From: Syntrophorhabdaceae bacterium
GTDB lineage: Bacteria > Desulfobacterota > Syntrophorhabdia > Syntrophorhabdales > Syntrophorhabdaceae
Reading direction: 5' to 3'
NCBI GenBank assembly: GCA_963666485.2
Contig: CAXXUO010000003.1
Coordinates: 1-64,000, forward strand
Length of the DNA stretch: 64,000 nt
Shown here one piece after another: positions 32,135 through 41,645 of the stretch (positions within the stretch are counted from its first letter, which is position 1; every line of letters begins with the position of its first letter). Position numbers and translations under genes: made by a program. The notes under the pieces were generated by a model. That model made no database searches. It saw nothing but the letters and a program-made list of their open reading frames with translations, and was not told where the DNA came from.

Positions 32135-33534
32135 TCGAACTCCAATCCGTCTCCTTCACGCCGGCCGGCTCGGATCGGCCCATCCTGCACGACGTGACCC
32201 TGTCCATCGGGCGCGGCGAGCGGGTGGGTATCGTCGGGCCGTCCGGCTCCGGCAAGTCCACCCTGGGCTACCATCTGTGCGGGGTGCATCGCCTGGCCCT
32301 GGCCGGCACGACCAGCGGGCGGCTGACCCTGGACGGCCGGGATGCCCTGGCCGGTGGCCCGGCCGGTTTCGCCGGCCTGGTCGGGCAAAACCCCGAGGCC
32401 CAGCTGTTTTGTCGCACCGTGCTCGAGGAATTGCTGCTCGGCCCGCGCATGCGCGGCCGGGAGGCCGCTTCCTCCCAGGCCAGGGCCCGGGAACTCCTCG
32501 ACCGCCATGGCCTGGGACACCGGGCCGAGGAGGTCGTCACCAACCTGTCCCTGGGGCAGAAACAGCTCACCGCCATCCTGTCCATGCTGGCCATCGAGCC
32601 CAAGATCCTGCTGCTCGACGAACCTACGAGCTATCTCGATGCCGACAAGGCGGACCGGCTGTTTACCCATCTCGACAGCCTCAGCCGCCAGCACGGCTGG
32701 ATCGTGTGCGTCATCGAACACGACCGGGAACGCCTGGCCGGGTTCGCCGACCGTTTCCTGACCGTTGCCGCCGGCCGGCTGGTGAACGATGGCCCCCTGG
32801 GACCGGCCCCGGCCCCGTTTTCGCGTCCCGTGGAGCCGGCACCGCCGGTACGCTTTACCGGCCGGGTAGACGGCGAGCCGCTGCTGCGCCTGGAAGGCGT
32901 CCGTTTCGGCTACGGCAAGGGACCGACCGTGATTGCGGACCTCGACTTGAGCCTGCAGGCTGGCGAGGTCGTGGCCCTGGTCGGCGCCAACGGGTCCGGG
33001 AAATCGACCGTGCTGCGGCTGGCCAAGGGTCTGGCCAAGCCGGCCGCCGGTCAGCTATGCCTGGGCCGGGGCCTGAGCAATGCCCGGGATGTGGGGCTGA
33101 TGCTGCAAAATCCCGAGGAACAGATTTTCGCCCATACCGTGAAGGCCGAATGCGGCTATTGGCTCGAGAACCTGGGCGTGGCGCGCGAGGAGCGCGAGGC
33201 CCGGGTTCAGGCCATCCTCGACGCCGTGGGCCTGGGGCACATGCTCGGGCGCTCCCCGTTTTCCTTGAGTTTCGGCGAGAAACGGCGGCTGTGCCTGGCC
33301 GCCATCCTGGTGGCCGATCCGCTGGTGCTGTGCCTGGACGAGCCGACCACCGGCCTCGACGACGCCAACATGGCGGACATGGCGGCCATGATCCGCCGCC
33401 AGGCCGCCGCCGGCAAGGCCGTGCTCGTGGCCAGCCACGAAGCGGCCTTCGTGTCCATGACCGCCACCCGGATCGTGCGCCTGGAGGCGGGCCGCATTGT
33501 CTCGGACCGGCCGGCGAGGGAGGTTGCGGCATGA
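32131..33534 (+). CDS. ECF transporter fused dual ATPase (A-A')
   Basis: Two Walker A motifs (GPSGSGKST, GANGSGKST), QNPEAQ/QNPEEQ, LSLGQKQ/LSFGEKRR, two DEPT. Confidence 0.9.
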   Translation: MIELQSVSFTPAGSDRPILHDVTLSIGRGERVGIVGPSGSGKSTLGYHLCGVHRLALAGTTSGRLTLDGRDALAGGPAGFAGLVGQNPEAQLFCRTVLEELLLGPRMRGREAASSQARARELLDRHGLGHRAEEVVTNLSLGQKQLTAILSMLAIEPKILLLDEPTSYLDADKADRLFTHLDSLSRQHGWIVCVIEHDRERLAGFADRFLTVAAGRLVNDGPLGPAPAPFSRPVEPAPPVRFTGRVDGEPLLRLEGVRFGYGKGPTVIADLDLSLQAGEVVALVGANGSGKSTVLRLAKGLAKPAAGQLCLGRGLSNARDVGLMLQNPEEQIFAHTVKAECGYWLENLGVAREEREARVQAILDAVGLGHMLGRSPFSLSFGEKRRLCLAAILVADPLVLCLDEPTTGLDDANMADMAAMIRRQAAAGKAVLVASHEAAFVSMTATRIVRLEAGRIVSDRPAREVAA

Positions 33535-34253
33535 CCGAACTGTTGCGTCGGGCCAACGCGGCCTCCAAAGGCCTGTTCGCCATCTCCCTGTGTGCCTATG
33601 CCTTTGTCTGTCCGGACTGGCGGGTGCTGGTCGCCTTCCTGGTGGCCCTGGTGGCCCTGCTGTACTTCACGGGGGAGTTCGACCGGTTGGCGCTGTTGCT
33701 TTTCGGCGTGTGCCTGGCCGGTCTGCCCATGCTGACGGTCCTGTTCATCCTGGGCGGGGTGGAGAAGGCGGCCACCTGGCAGGAGGGCGTCTGGCTGGGG
33801 CTCGGCTGGATGGGCGTGTTCTATCTGCGGCTGTGGATCATGGTCCTGGCCGACCTGCTCGTGGTCAAGCTCACGAGTTTTTCCAACATGATCCTGTCGT
33901 TGCGCGGGCTGCGGCTGCCGGGCGTGGTGGTACTGTTCGTGTCGGCCCTGGTCAGCATGCTGCCCAACATCCTGGCCATGGCCCTGCGCGTCGTCGAGGT
34001 CCAGCGCTGCCGCGGGTTCGAGACCCGCAAGATGCTGCGTCCAAGCAGTTTCCTGCCACTGTTCATTCCCGTTTTCCTGGCCCAGATGCGCCGTTCGGCC
34101 GATCTGGCCCTGTCCCTGGAACTGCGCGGTGTCAGTGGTGACACGATGCAACGGGGAGGCCAGCTTTCCCTGGGGGCCGGGGATATCGTGTTCGTGGCGG
34201 CCGCCGTGCTGGTCTGGGTCGGACCGATCAGCTGGGCTGAGCTGGTTGGATGA
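33531..34253 (+). CDS. ECF transporter T component (EcfT/CbiQ family)
   Basis: MTELLRRAN..., hydrophobic, with two conserved Arg motifs QRCRG and LELRG. Confidence 0.85.
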   Translation: MTELLRRANAASKGLFAISLCAYAFVCPDWRVLVAFLVALVALLYFTGEFDRLALLLFGVCLAGLPMLTVLFILGGVEKAATWQEGVWLGLGWMGVFYLRLWIMVLADLLVVKLTSFSNMILSLRGLRLPGVVVLFVSALVSMLPNILAMALRVVEVQRCRGFETRKMLRPSSFLPLFIPVFLAQMRRSADLALSLELRGVSGDTMQRGGQLSLGAGDIVFVAAAVLVWVGPISWAELVG

Positions 34254-35296
34254 CGGCGAAGCACGAAAACAAGGAAGCAATACCCATGCAGTGTCCCTAT
34301 TGCGAGAGACGGTGCCGCCTGGAAGCGGATTCCTACGGCGCGTGCCGCATGTATCAGGCCGTGGACGGGGTGGTGCGCGAACGCTTTCCCCACCGCTGGT
34401 GCGCCTATGCCGTGTCGCGTGTCGAGGCGATACCCTTCTACCACGCCTACCCGGGCAGCCGGTGCCTGGTCATCGGCACGGCCGGCTGCAACATCGATTG
34501 CCGCTATTGTTCCAACAGCTACGTGGCCAAGGAAGACCCGGCCCTGCTCCAGGATATCATGATCGACATTCCGCCGGCCCGCCTGGTCGGGCTGGCCCGC
34601 AAGCACGGCTGCCATTCCATTGTGTTTTCCATCAACGAGCCCACGGTATCGCTGCCCTCGCTCATGGAGCTTTCCGTGGCGGCCCGGGACGCCGGCCTGG
34701 AAATGGGCTGCCTGACCAACGGCTACGGCACGCCCGAGGCGGTCGAGTTGCTCGGCGACATCTTCTCCTTCGTCAACGTGAGCCTCAAGGGCCTGTCCCC
34801 GGAATTCTGCCGCCGCTTTCTCGGCATCCCCGACTGCGAGCCGGTCCTGCGGTCCATCCGCCAGTTTGCCGCCCATGGCCACGTGGAGGTGACCACGCCC
34901 GTGATCGAGTCGGAAAACGACCAGGAACTCGGGGCCATGGCCGATTTCCTGGCCGACATCAATCCGGAGATCCCCTGGCACGTGTTCCGCCTCCTGCCGA
35001 CCTACAAGATGAGCAAGGAGGAATATCCGAGCATCGAGGCCTTGAACGCCAAGCTCGAGGGACTGCGGGAAAAGCTGCCCCACATCTATTTCCACAACTT
35101 CATCGGTTCCGAATGGGTCGACACCCGCTGCCCGGCCTGCGGGGCCGTGGCCATCACCCGCCACAGCCTGGGCTGCGGCGGCGACAAGCTCGACCAGTTC
35201 TTCTGCCACGACGACAAATGCCCGCAGTGCGGCCGGCGGCTCAACCTGCTCGGAACCAAGGTGGGCTGGAGTGCCCGCGAGGAGATGGCGTCATGA
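34250..35296 (+). CDS. Radical SAM protein (AmmeMemoRadiSam / PFL-activase-like)
   Basis: GCNIDCRYCSN (CxxxCxxC), N-terminal CPYCERRC...GAC, FSINEPT, TNGY, C-terminal CPACG...CPQCG. Confidence 0.88.
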   Translation: MTAKHENKEAIPMQCPYCERRCRLEADSYGACRMYQAVDGVVRERFPHRWCAYAVSRVEAIPFYHAYPGSRCLVIGTAGCNIDCRYCSNSYVAKEDPALLQDIMIDIPPARLVGLARKHGCHSIVFSINEPTVSLPSLMELSVAARDAGLEMGCLTNGYGTPEAVELLGDIFSFVNVSLKGLSPEFCRRFLGIPDCEPVLRSIRQFAAHGHVEVTTPVIESENDQELGAMADFLADINPEIPWHVFRLLPTYKMSKEEYPSIEALNAKLEGLREKLPHIYFHNFIGSEWVDTRCPACGAVAITRHSLGCGGDKLDQFFCHDDKCPQCGRRLNLLGTKVGWSAREEMAS

Positions 35297-36423
35297 GCCT
35301 GGCCATTCTCGATGCCCGCCAATGGCAGCAGACCGTGGACCTGCGCACCGGCCGCAAGATCGAGGCCGAGGGGCCGGCCCTGGACATGGCCCGGGGACTG
35401 CTCGCCCGTCATCCCTTCCCCGGCGACCGCGACCCGGCCGGCAACGCCTGGGTCGTGGACACGGCCCTGGACCTCGTGGCGGCCTATGACCCGGGCTTTG
35501 CCTTTCTGACCATGGCCCGGCAGTACTATTCGGCCCGCTATTCCCTCCTGGAGGCCGGCGAGCGCGAGGCCATGGTGGCCGATGCCCTGGCCCAGGCCGA
35601 CCGGTTCGCCCGGGAGTCGGGTTTTTTCACGGTGGTCATCGGCACCGGCGGCCTGACCGCGGCCAAGCAGTCCATCGACTTGAGCGACCTGGACGGACTG
35701 GCCGTGGCCAGCAACTGGTCCGCCCGCTATGCCGGCCTCTACGAGCCTTCGGCCCGGGACCTAGCCCGCCTGGCCGCCCATCCCGGACTGGAACGCCTGG
35801 CCAGCCGGCAGGAGATCCTGGAGCTCTTCGACGGCGGTGCGGACGACGGCACCCGGCTGCCCGACGTCATGGTCGTGGCCAGGGAGGGCAACTTCTTTAA
35901 AAACACCTCGCTGCGCCGGATGCTCATGATCCCGGCGCGTAACACCCGCATTCCGGTCTCGGCCAATCTCGGCCCCGTGGCTTCCCTCACGGACATCAAG
36001 GCCCGGGTGCTGGCCGATCTGGCCGGACGCAAGGTGGCCATCGTGCTCCTGGAGGGCGTGGGGGAGGAGGACTTCACCCTCCCGCACACCACCTGTGAAA
36101 ACGGCAAGGACTGGTTCTGCTACGAACCCGTGGACGGCCAGTATCTGGCCATCACCACCGGACGCCACGCCGTGTTCGAGCACAACGGCGGCTACCGCTA
36201 CTTTCTCGACGACAGCGAGCACAAACCCTATCCCTTCTCCGGCTATTTCACCGAACTGCCCACCGGCACCATCGGCCACGACTATCCCGGCCGAAGCATT
36301 GCCGTGGGCAACCGCAGCATGTTCATGCACGTGACCACCGGCTGCGACATCGCCTGCGAGTGCTTCGCCCGCAACCTCTACAACCAGGGAGTCATGGCCG
36401 TGATCCACCGCCAGGACAAATGA
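35293..36423 (+). CDS. Hypothetical protein, possibly a degenerate alkaline-phosphatase/phosphonoacetate-hydrolase fold
   Basis: ATG overlaps the radical SAM stop; 376 aa; KVAIVLLEGVG and HPGLERLASRQE...LPDVMVVA recall the AP superfamily. Confidence 0.7.
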   Translation: MSLAILDARQWQQTVDLRTGRKIEAEGPALDMARGLLARHPFPGDRDPAGNAWVVDTALDLVAAYDPGFAFLTMARQYYSARYSLLEAGEREAMVADALAQADRFARESGFFTVVIGTGGLTAAKQSIDLSDLDGLAVASNWSARYAGLYEPSARDLARLAAHPGLERLASRQEILELFDGGADDGTRLPDVMVVAREGNFFKNTSLRRMLMIPARNTRIPVSANLGPVASLTDIKARVLADLAGRKVAIVLLEGVGEEDFTLPHTTCENGKDWFCYEPVDGQYLAITTGRHAVFEHNGGYRYFLDDSEHKPYPFSGYFTELPTGTIGHDYPGRSIAVGNRSMFMHVTTGCDIACECFARNLYNQGVMAVIHRQDK

Positions 36424-36591
36424 CCGGCGCCGGCTCGGCCGGCCAACGCGCCCTCCGTGGGCCGAAGCCTGGCGACGTGCCCTTGTTGCGGGATCGCGTC
36501 GCGGTTGCTTCGGCCTTTTTTTTGCGCTATGCTTGGGATTATTCGATTTATTTTGACTCCGCCCGTCAAGAATACCCAAGGAGGACGTGCC

Positions 36592-36810
36592 ATGGCCGAT
36601 TGCGAGTGCCTGCCCAAGTGTCTTTTTTTCAACGACAAGATGCACAATATGCCCGCCGCCGCCAATCTGCTCAAAAAGCGGTTGTGCCAGGGCGACAACA
36701 GCCGGTGCGCCCGGCATATGGTGCTCGTGGCCCTGGGCCGGGAAAAGGTGCCGCCGGATCTTTCGCCCAATCAGGTGGACCGGGCCCAGATCCTGATCAC
36801 GACGGGTTAG
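36592..36810 (+). CDS. Small Cys-rich hypothetical protein (72 aa)
   Basis: AGGAGG RBS; MADCECLPKCLFFNDKM...CQGDNSRCARHMV...VPPDLSPNQ. Confidence 0.7.
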   Translation: MADCECLPKCLFFNDKMHNMPAAANLLKKRLCQGDNSRCARHMVLVALGREKVPPDLSPNQVDRAQILITTG

Positions 36811-36908
36811 CCGGGCGGCTTGCAACCATCCGGTGAGCCGTTGCCTCGGACGGGTCGGCACGGTTTCCGGGCGTCCGACGGCGCAGCGAGACGGCGGGCG
36901 ACGGCAAT

Positions 36909-36990
36909 GCGGCATGCTTTTATGATAAAACGTGACAGCTGATTTTTTTTGCTGATAGTGTTGACCAAAAAATGATCAAACGGCTATAAC
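36909..36990 (+). promoter_or_regulatory. Candidate operator plus sigma70 promoter of mop
   Basis: GCGGCATG-N14-CGTGACAG (36909-36938), then TTGACC-N18-TATAAC (36961-36990). Confidence 0.5.
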
Positions 36991-37024
36991 ACAAAAGCCT
37001 TGAACCCATAACACGGAGTCGTGC

Positions 37025-37234
37025 ATGAAAGTCAGTGCCCGCAATCTCATTCCCGGAAAGGTCAAGTCCATTACCAATGGTATGGTCAGCAGTGAGGTTG
37101 TCATTGAGTTCGCGCCCGGTGTGGAGATCGTCTCCGTTATTACCAAGCACTCCGTCGAGGCCATGGGCCTCAAGGAAGGCGACAGCATCAACGCCATGAT
37201 CAAAGCCTCCAGCGTGATGATCGCCGTGGATTGA
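37025..37234 (+). CDS. mop: Molbindin (Mop/TOBE molybdate/tungstate-binding protein)
   Basis: MKVSARNLIPGKV...SVITKHSVEAMGLKEGD...IKASSVMI. Confidence 0.93.
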   Translation: MKVSARNLIPGKVKSITNGMVSSEVVIEFAPGVEIVSVITKHSVEAMGLKEGDSINAMIKASSVMIAVD

Positions 37235-37522
37235 TCGTCCGCATCCTCCGTCCCGGTGCCCGGTCGTGCTCCTTGGCGGCCGGGCACGTTGTTTTTGTCC
37301 CCGGAGGCCGCGATCCCTTCCCCGGGCCGTCGACGGCCGCCGGCCCGTCCGGTCTTCCGCCCCCGGGCGATCCCGTCCCTGCCGGACCTGCCGACCGATT
37401 TCAGGCTTTATCAATCCGCCGCGAACGGCTATGATGCCTCGGCCACGCATGGCTGCATCCGGAAACGCGCGCGCCACGGGGCCGTTCGCGACGGTGTCCG
37501 CCAAGACAAGGGGAGTGCTTTC

Positions 37523-37900
37523 ATGGGTGAGGAAAAACGCCGCCGCAGTCGGGTTTGCGCCCAGTTCGAGGCCTATGTCTACGCCGACGGGGAAAAGATC
37601 CCGGTCAGCACCCAGAACATCAGCATGAAGGGGGCGTTGTTCTGTCCGGAGCCGCGTCTGGCCACCGGCCAGGACTGCACCCTGGTCTTTGCCCTGGCCA
37701 AGGATATCAAGGTGCGCCTCAAAGCCCGCATCGTGCGTTCCAGCGACGAGGGCCTGGCCGTGGATTTCGAGAGCATGGACGAAAGCGCCTTTTTCCACCT
37801 GCGCAACATGGTGCGCTACTCCTCCCAGGATGCCGACAAGATCGACAAGGAACTGCAGGTGCCGGCCTTCGAGCTGCCCGAAGACGGAGAAAAGGATTGA
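37523..37900 (+). CDS. PilZ-domain protein
   Basis: EKRRRSR (RxxxR) and NISMKG motifs. Confidence 0.8.
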   Translation: MGEEKRRRSRVCAQFEAYVYADGEKIPVSTQNISMKGALFCPEPRLATGQDCTLVFALAKDIKVRLKARIVRSSDEGLAVDFESMDESAFFHLRNMVRYSSQDADKIDKELQVPAFELPEDGEKD

Positions 37901-38514
37901 GACGCGCCACGCTTGCGGCCCTGATACTGACCGCCGGCCTGGGGCTGGTCCGGCCCGGCCCGGTGCTGGCCGCCGGCCTGGAACAGGCCTCCCTGGGCCT
38001 GGCCGCCCTGGCCGCCGGCGAATACGACCGGGCCGTCACCCTGCTGACCCAGGCCATCGATTCCGACGAGCTGCCCGAATCCGAGGCCTATCTGTTCCTG
38101 GCCGCCCGCGGCTATGCCCGGGCCGGGGCCGGCGACCGCAAGGACGCCATCGAGGACTACGATGCCGCCCTGGCCGTCCGGCCCGACTATGCCCCGGCCC
38201 TGTTCAACCGGGCAACGCCCATTATGCCCTGGGCCGGTTCGACCTGGCCATCGGCGACTATTCCAAGGTCCTGGAACTTCAGGCCGACGATGTCCGGGCC
38301 CTCAACAACCGGGGCGCCGCCTGGTTCCGCCAGGGCAACCTGCAAAGCGCCCTGGCCAATTACACCCAGGCCGCCCAGCTCGCCCCGGACGATACCGACA
38401 TCCTGCTCAACCGGGGCAAGGATCTACGATGCCCTGGGCGAATCCGATCTGGCCCGGGAGGATTTCCAGCGCATACGGCGCATCGATCCCTCGGCCCGGA
38501 CGCCCCTGGACTGA
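37897..38514 (+). CDS. Exported TPR-repeat protein (apparent frameshifts at about 38210 and 38420)
   Basis: Signal peptide; TPR segments AIEDYDAALAVRPDYAPALFNR and ALNNRGAAW. Confidence 0.75.
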   Translation: MRRATLAALILTAGLGLVRPGPVLAAGLEQASLGLAALAAGEYDRAVTLLTQAIDSDELPESEAYLFLAARGYARAGAGDRKDAIEDYDAALAVRPDYAPALFNRATPIMPWAGSTWPSATIPRSWNFRPTMSGPSTTGAPPGSARATCKAPWPITPRPPSSPRTIPTSCSTGARIYDALGESDLAREDFQRIRRIDPSARTPLD

Positions 38515-38560
38515 CGTTCCCGCGTCGGCCTCCCTTTTTCGTGGCAAAGGAGCCTTGCGC

Positions 38561-39248
38561 ATGCTTCCCTTGGGTTCCCTGGTCAATGGCGCGGCCATCG
38601 TCGTCGGCGCCCTGATTGGCCTGACGCTGCACGGCCGGTTTCCCGACCGGGTGCGCGTCACCATGTTCCAGGCCCTGGGCCTGTCCATCATGCTCATCGG
38701 CCTCAAGATGGCCCTGACCATGACCTCGCCCATCCTGGTCGTGGTCAGCATGCTGGCCGGCGCCGTGTGCGGCGAGGCCTGCGATTTCGAACGCCGCATG
38801 TCCCTGGCCGGCGACCGGTTGAAGGCCCTGTTCCATTCGAAGAGCGTCTTGTTCACCGACGGCCTGGTCACGGCTTCGGTGGTGTTCTGCACCGGCACCA
38901 TGGCCATTCTCGGCCCCTTTGACGAGGCCCTGCGCGGCGATCGCACCCTGCTTTTCACCAAGGCCATGCTCGACGGGTCGGTGAGCCTGATCCTGGCCAG
39001 CACCCACGGGGCCGGCGTGATCCTGTCCTTCGTGCCGGTGGTGCTCTACCAGGGCCTGCTCACCTTCGGCGCCGCCGGCAGCCAGGCCTATTTCACCCCG
39101 GACCGGCTCACCCAGCTCAACGGCCGTGGGCGGCCTGCTGATCCTGGCCATCGGCATCAACATGCTCGGCCTGCTGCGCATCAAGGTCTCGAACCTGCTG
39201 CCGGCCATTGTCGTGGCCGTGGTCCTGGCGCCGTACTTCGCCGGCTGA
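38561..39248 (+). CDS. DUF554 family membrane protein (apparent frameshift at about 39121)
   Basis: GSLVNGAAIVVG, GLVTASVVFCTGTMAILG, FTKAMLDG, KVSNLLPA. Confidence 0.8.
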
Positions 39249-39308
39249 TCGGCCGGCGCCGCGGCATTTCTTTACGCCCCGGGGGATTTGCCGTATACCG
39301 GCCCGGCC

Positions 39309-39662
39309 ATGCACGAACTCTCCATTGTCCAAAGCCTGTTGGCCGTCATCGAGGACGAGATGGCCAAGCACGGCAAGCAGACCCTCATCGCGGTCAAGGT
39401 CAAGCACGGCCGACTGTCCGCCATCGTGCCCGAAGCCCTGGCCATGGCCTTCGAGGTCCTGACCATGGACTCGCGTCTGGCCGGAGCGCGGCTCGACCTG
39501 GAGGAGATCCCGGTGCGGCTGCGCTGCCGGGCCTGCGGCGGGGAGTTCACCCCGCAGCACCGCGCGGTTCCTTTCGCGCCCTGTCCGTCCTGCGGCGAGG
39601 AACTCGGCCACACGGTCCTGTCCGGCCGCGAACTCTATATCGAATATCTCGAACTGGAATAG
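39309..39662 (+). CDS. hypA: Hydrogenase maturation nickel chaperone HypA
   Basis: MHELSI, CRACG...CPSCG, GRELYI. Confidence 0.95.
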   Translation: MHELSIVQSLLAVIEDEMAKHGKQTLIAVKVKHGRLSAIVPEALAMAFEVLTMDSRLAGARLDLEEIPVRLRCRACGGEFTPQHRAVPFAPCPSCGEELGHTVLSGRELYIEYLELE

Positions 39663-39676
39663 CGGGGGAGCCGACC

Positions 39677-40336
39677 ATGCAGATTCCCGTGGTGCGCAAC
39701 ATCCTGGAAGCCAATGCCCGTATCGCCGCAGATCTCAAGGCTTTTTTCGCCGAGCGCGGCATCCTGGTCCTCAATCTCATGAGCTCGCCCGGCGCGGGCA
39801 AGACCAGCCTGCTCGAGCGCACCCTGACCGATCTCGGACCCGAACTGCGCATGGCCGTCATCGAAGGCGACCTGCAAACCGACAACGACGCCCGCCGCGT
39901 GGCCGCCACCGGCGCCCAGGCCGTGCAGATCAACACCGAGGGCGGCTGCCACCTGACCAGTTCCCAGGTCCAGGAGGCGCTCAAAAGCCTCGACCTCGCC
40001 GGCCTCGACATCCTTTTTATCGAGAACGTGGGCAATCTGGTCTGCCCGGCCGAGTTCGACGTGGGCGAGGATCGCAAGTCACGCTGCTCAGCGTCACCGA
40101 GGGCGACGACAAGCCCGAGAAATATCCGCTCATGTTCCATATTTCCGCCGCCATGCTGCTTAACAAGGTCGATCTGCTGCCCTACGTGGACTTCGACCTG
40201 GCCCAGGCCAGCCGCCATGCCAAGGCCCTCAACGACACCCTCAGCATCTTCCCGGTCGCGGCCCGCACCGGCGAGGGCCTCCCCCGCCTGGTACGACTGG
40301 CTGCGGGCCAGGCTCGCCGCCAAGCGGGGCGCCTAG
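39677..40336 (+). CDS. hypB: Hydrogenase nickel-incorporation GTPase HypB (apparent frameshifts)
   Basis: NLMSSPGAGKTSLLE, GGCHL, ENVGNLVCPAEF, NKVDL. Confidence 0.9.
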   Translation: MQIPVVRNILEANARIAADLKAFFAERGILVLNLMSSPGAGKTSLLERTLTDLGPELRMAVIEGDLQTDNDARRVAATGAQAVQINTEGGCHLTSSQVQEALKSLDLAGLDILFIENVGNLVCPAEFDVGEDRKSRCSASPRATTSPRNIRSCSIFPPPCCLTRSICCPTWTSTWPRPAAMPRPSTTPSASSRSRPAPARASPAWYDWLRARLAAKRGA

Positions 40337-40572
40337 GCGGTCGCGGGATGCGGGGAGGGAGAGGGACGGCCAGAGGCCTCCGCAGCCAAGGGCCTCGGCC
40401 CGTTGCGATCCCGAAAGGGATGGCCCGGGGCGGCGAGGTCTTGTCCTTTTCCTGCCAACCAACCGGTATGACACGTCGTTTTTTTATGGCTTTGCGGTCG
40501 TTGGCGTCACGGCGATTGCCGGTCCGCTCAGCCTCTGGACCTGACGTCCCGAGGCAGGGTAGGGGGCGAGGA

Positions 40573-41176
40573 ATGCGGATCATCGGCGGCCGATACGGCG
40601 GGCGCCACATCAAGGTCATGGAGGCGGTCGGCTTGCGGCCGGCCACGGGCCGGGTGCGCGAGGCGCTTTTTTCCATGCTCGAAGCCCGGGGGCTTGGTCT
40701 TTGCCGGCGCCCGGGTGCTCGATCTGTTCGCCGGATCGGGCGGGGTGGGCATCGAGGCCCTGTCCCGGGGCGCCGCCCTGGCCGTGTTCGTCGAACGTCA
40801 GGCCCGCCGTGGCCCGGCTGGTGCGGGAAAACCTGGCCTCCCTCGGCATTGCGCCCGAGTGTGGGCCGGGTCGTCGCAGGGCGAGGTGGCCAAGGTGCTG
40901 CCGCGCCTGGCCGGTGCAGACCTTCGACCTGACGGCCATCGACCCGCCCTATGGCCAGGGCCTGGCCGGGCCGACCCTGGCGGGGCTCGTGGCCACGGCC
41001 TGGTGGCCCCGGAGGGGCTCGTGGTGGCCGAGGTCGAGGCCTCCCTCGACCTGACCGCCACCGCTCCGCCCGCCCTGTCCCTTCTTGCCAACCGGACCTA
41101 CGGTCAAACGAGGATCATGCTATGGCGCCTGGAAACCACTGCCTCGCCGTCTATCCCGGAACCTTCGACCCCCTGA
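40573..41176 (+). CDS. rsmD: 16S rRNA m2G966 methyltransferase (apparent frameshifts)
   Basis: MRIIGG...[37 protein letters not shown]; precedes coaD. Confidence 0.85.
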
Positions 41177-41645
41177 CCAACGGCCATGTCTCCCTGGTGC
41201 GTCGGGCGGCCAAGATCTTCAGCACGATCATCGTGGCCGTGGCCGGCGACTCCCACAAGACGCCGCTTTTTTCCCTGGAGGAGCGGGTGGGCATCGCCGA
41301 GGGCGGTGTTCGCCGATGACGAACGCATCATGGTCGAGGGGTTTCCAGGGGCTCCTGGTCAATTACGTCAAGTCGCGCCACGCCAACGTCATTTTGCGCG
41401 GCATGCGGGCGGTGTCCGACTTCGAGTTCGAGTTCCAGATGGCGCTCATGAACCGCAAGCTCGACCGCACCGTCGAGACCGTCTTCATCATGACCGATTA
41501 CAAGTGGCTCTACATCAGCTCCACCATCGTCAAGGAAGTGGCCCGCAACGGCGGCGACATCCGGGGCCTGGTCCCGGAACTCGTGCGCGAGCGCGTGGCC
41601 GAGCGCTACGGACTTCCCGCGACCGGGCAGGACGTCCCGTCGTGA
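41122..41645 (+). CDS. coaD: Phosphopantetheine adenylyltransferase (apparent frameshifts at about 41300-41345)
   Basis: [42 protein letters not shown]. Confidence 0.92.

Noticed and set aside
38114..40336. DUF554-HypB fusion (740-aa ORF) and the cbiK-permease-ATPase fusion (15662-18217)
   Set aside because: These are artefacts of frameshifts joining separate genes into one reading frame.
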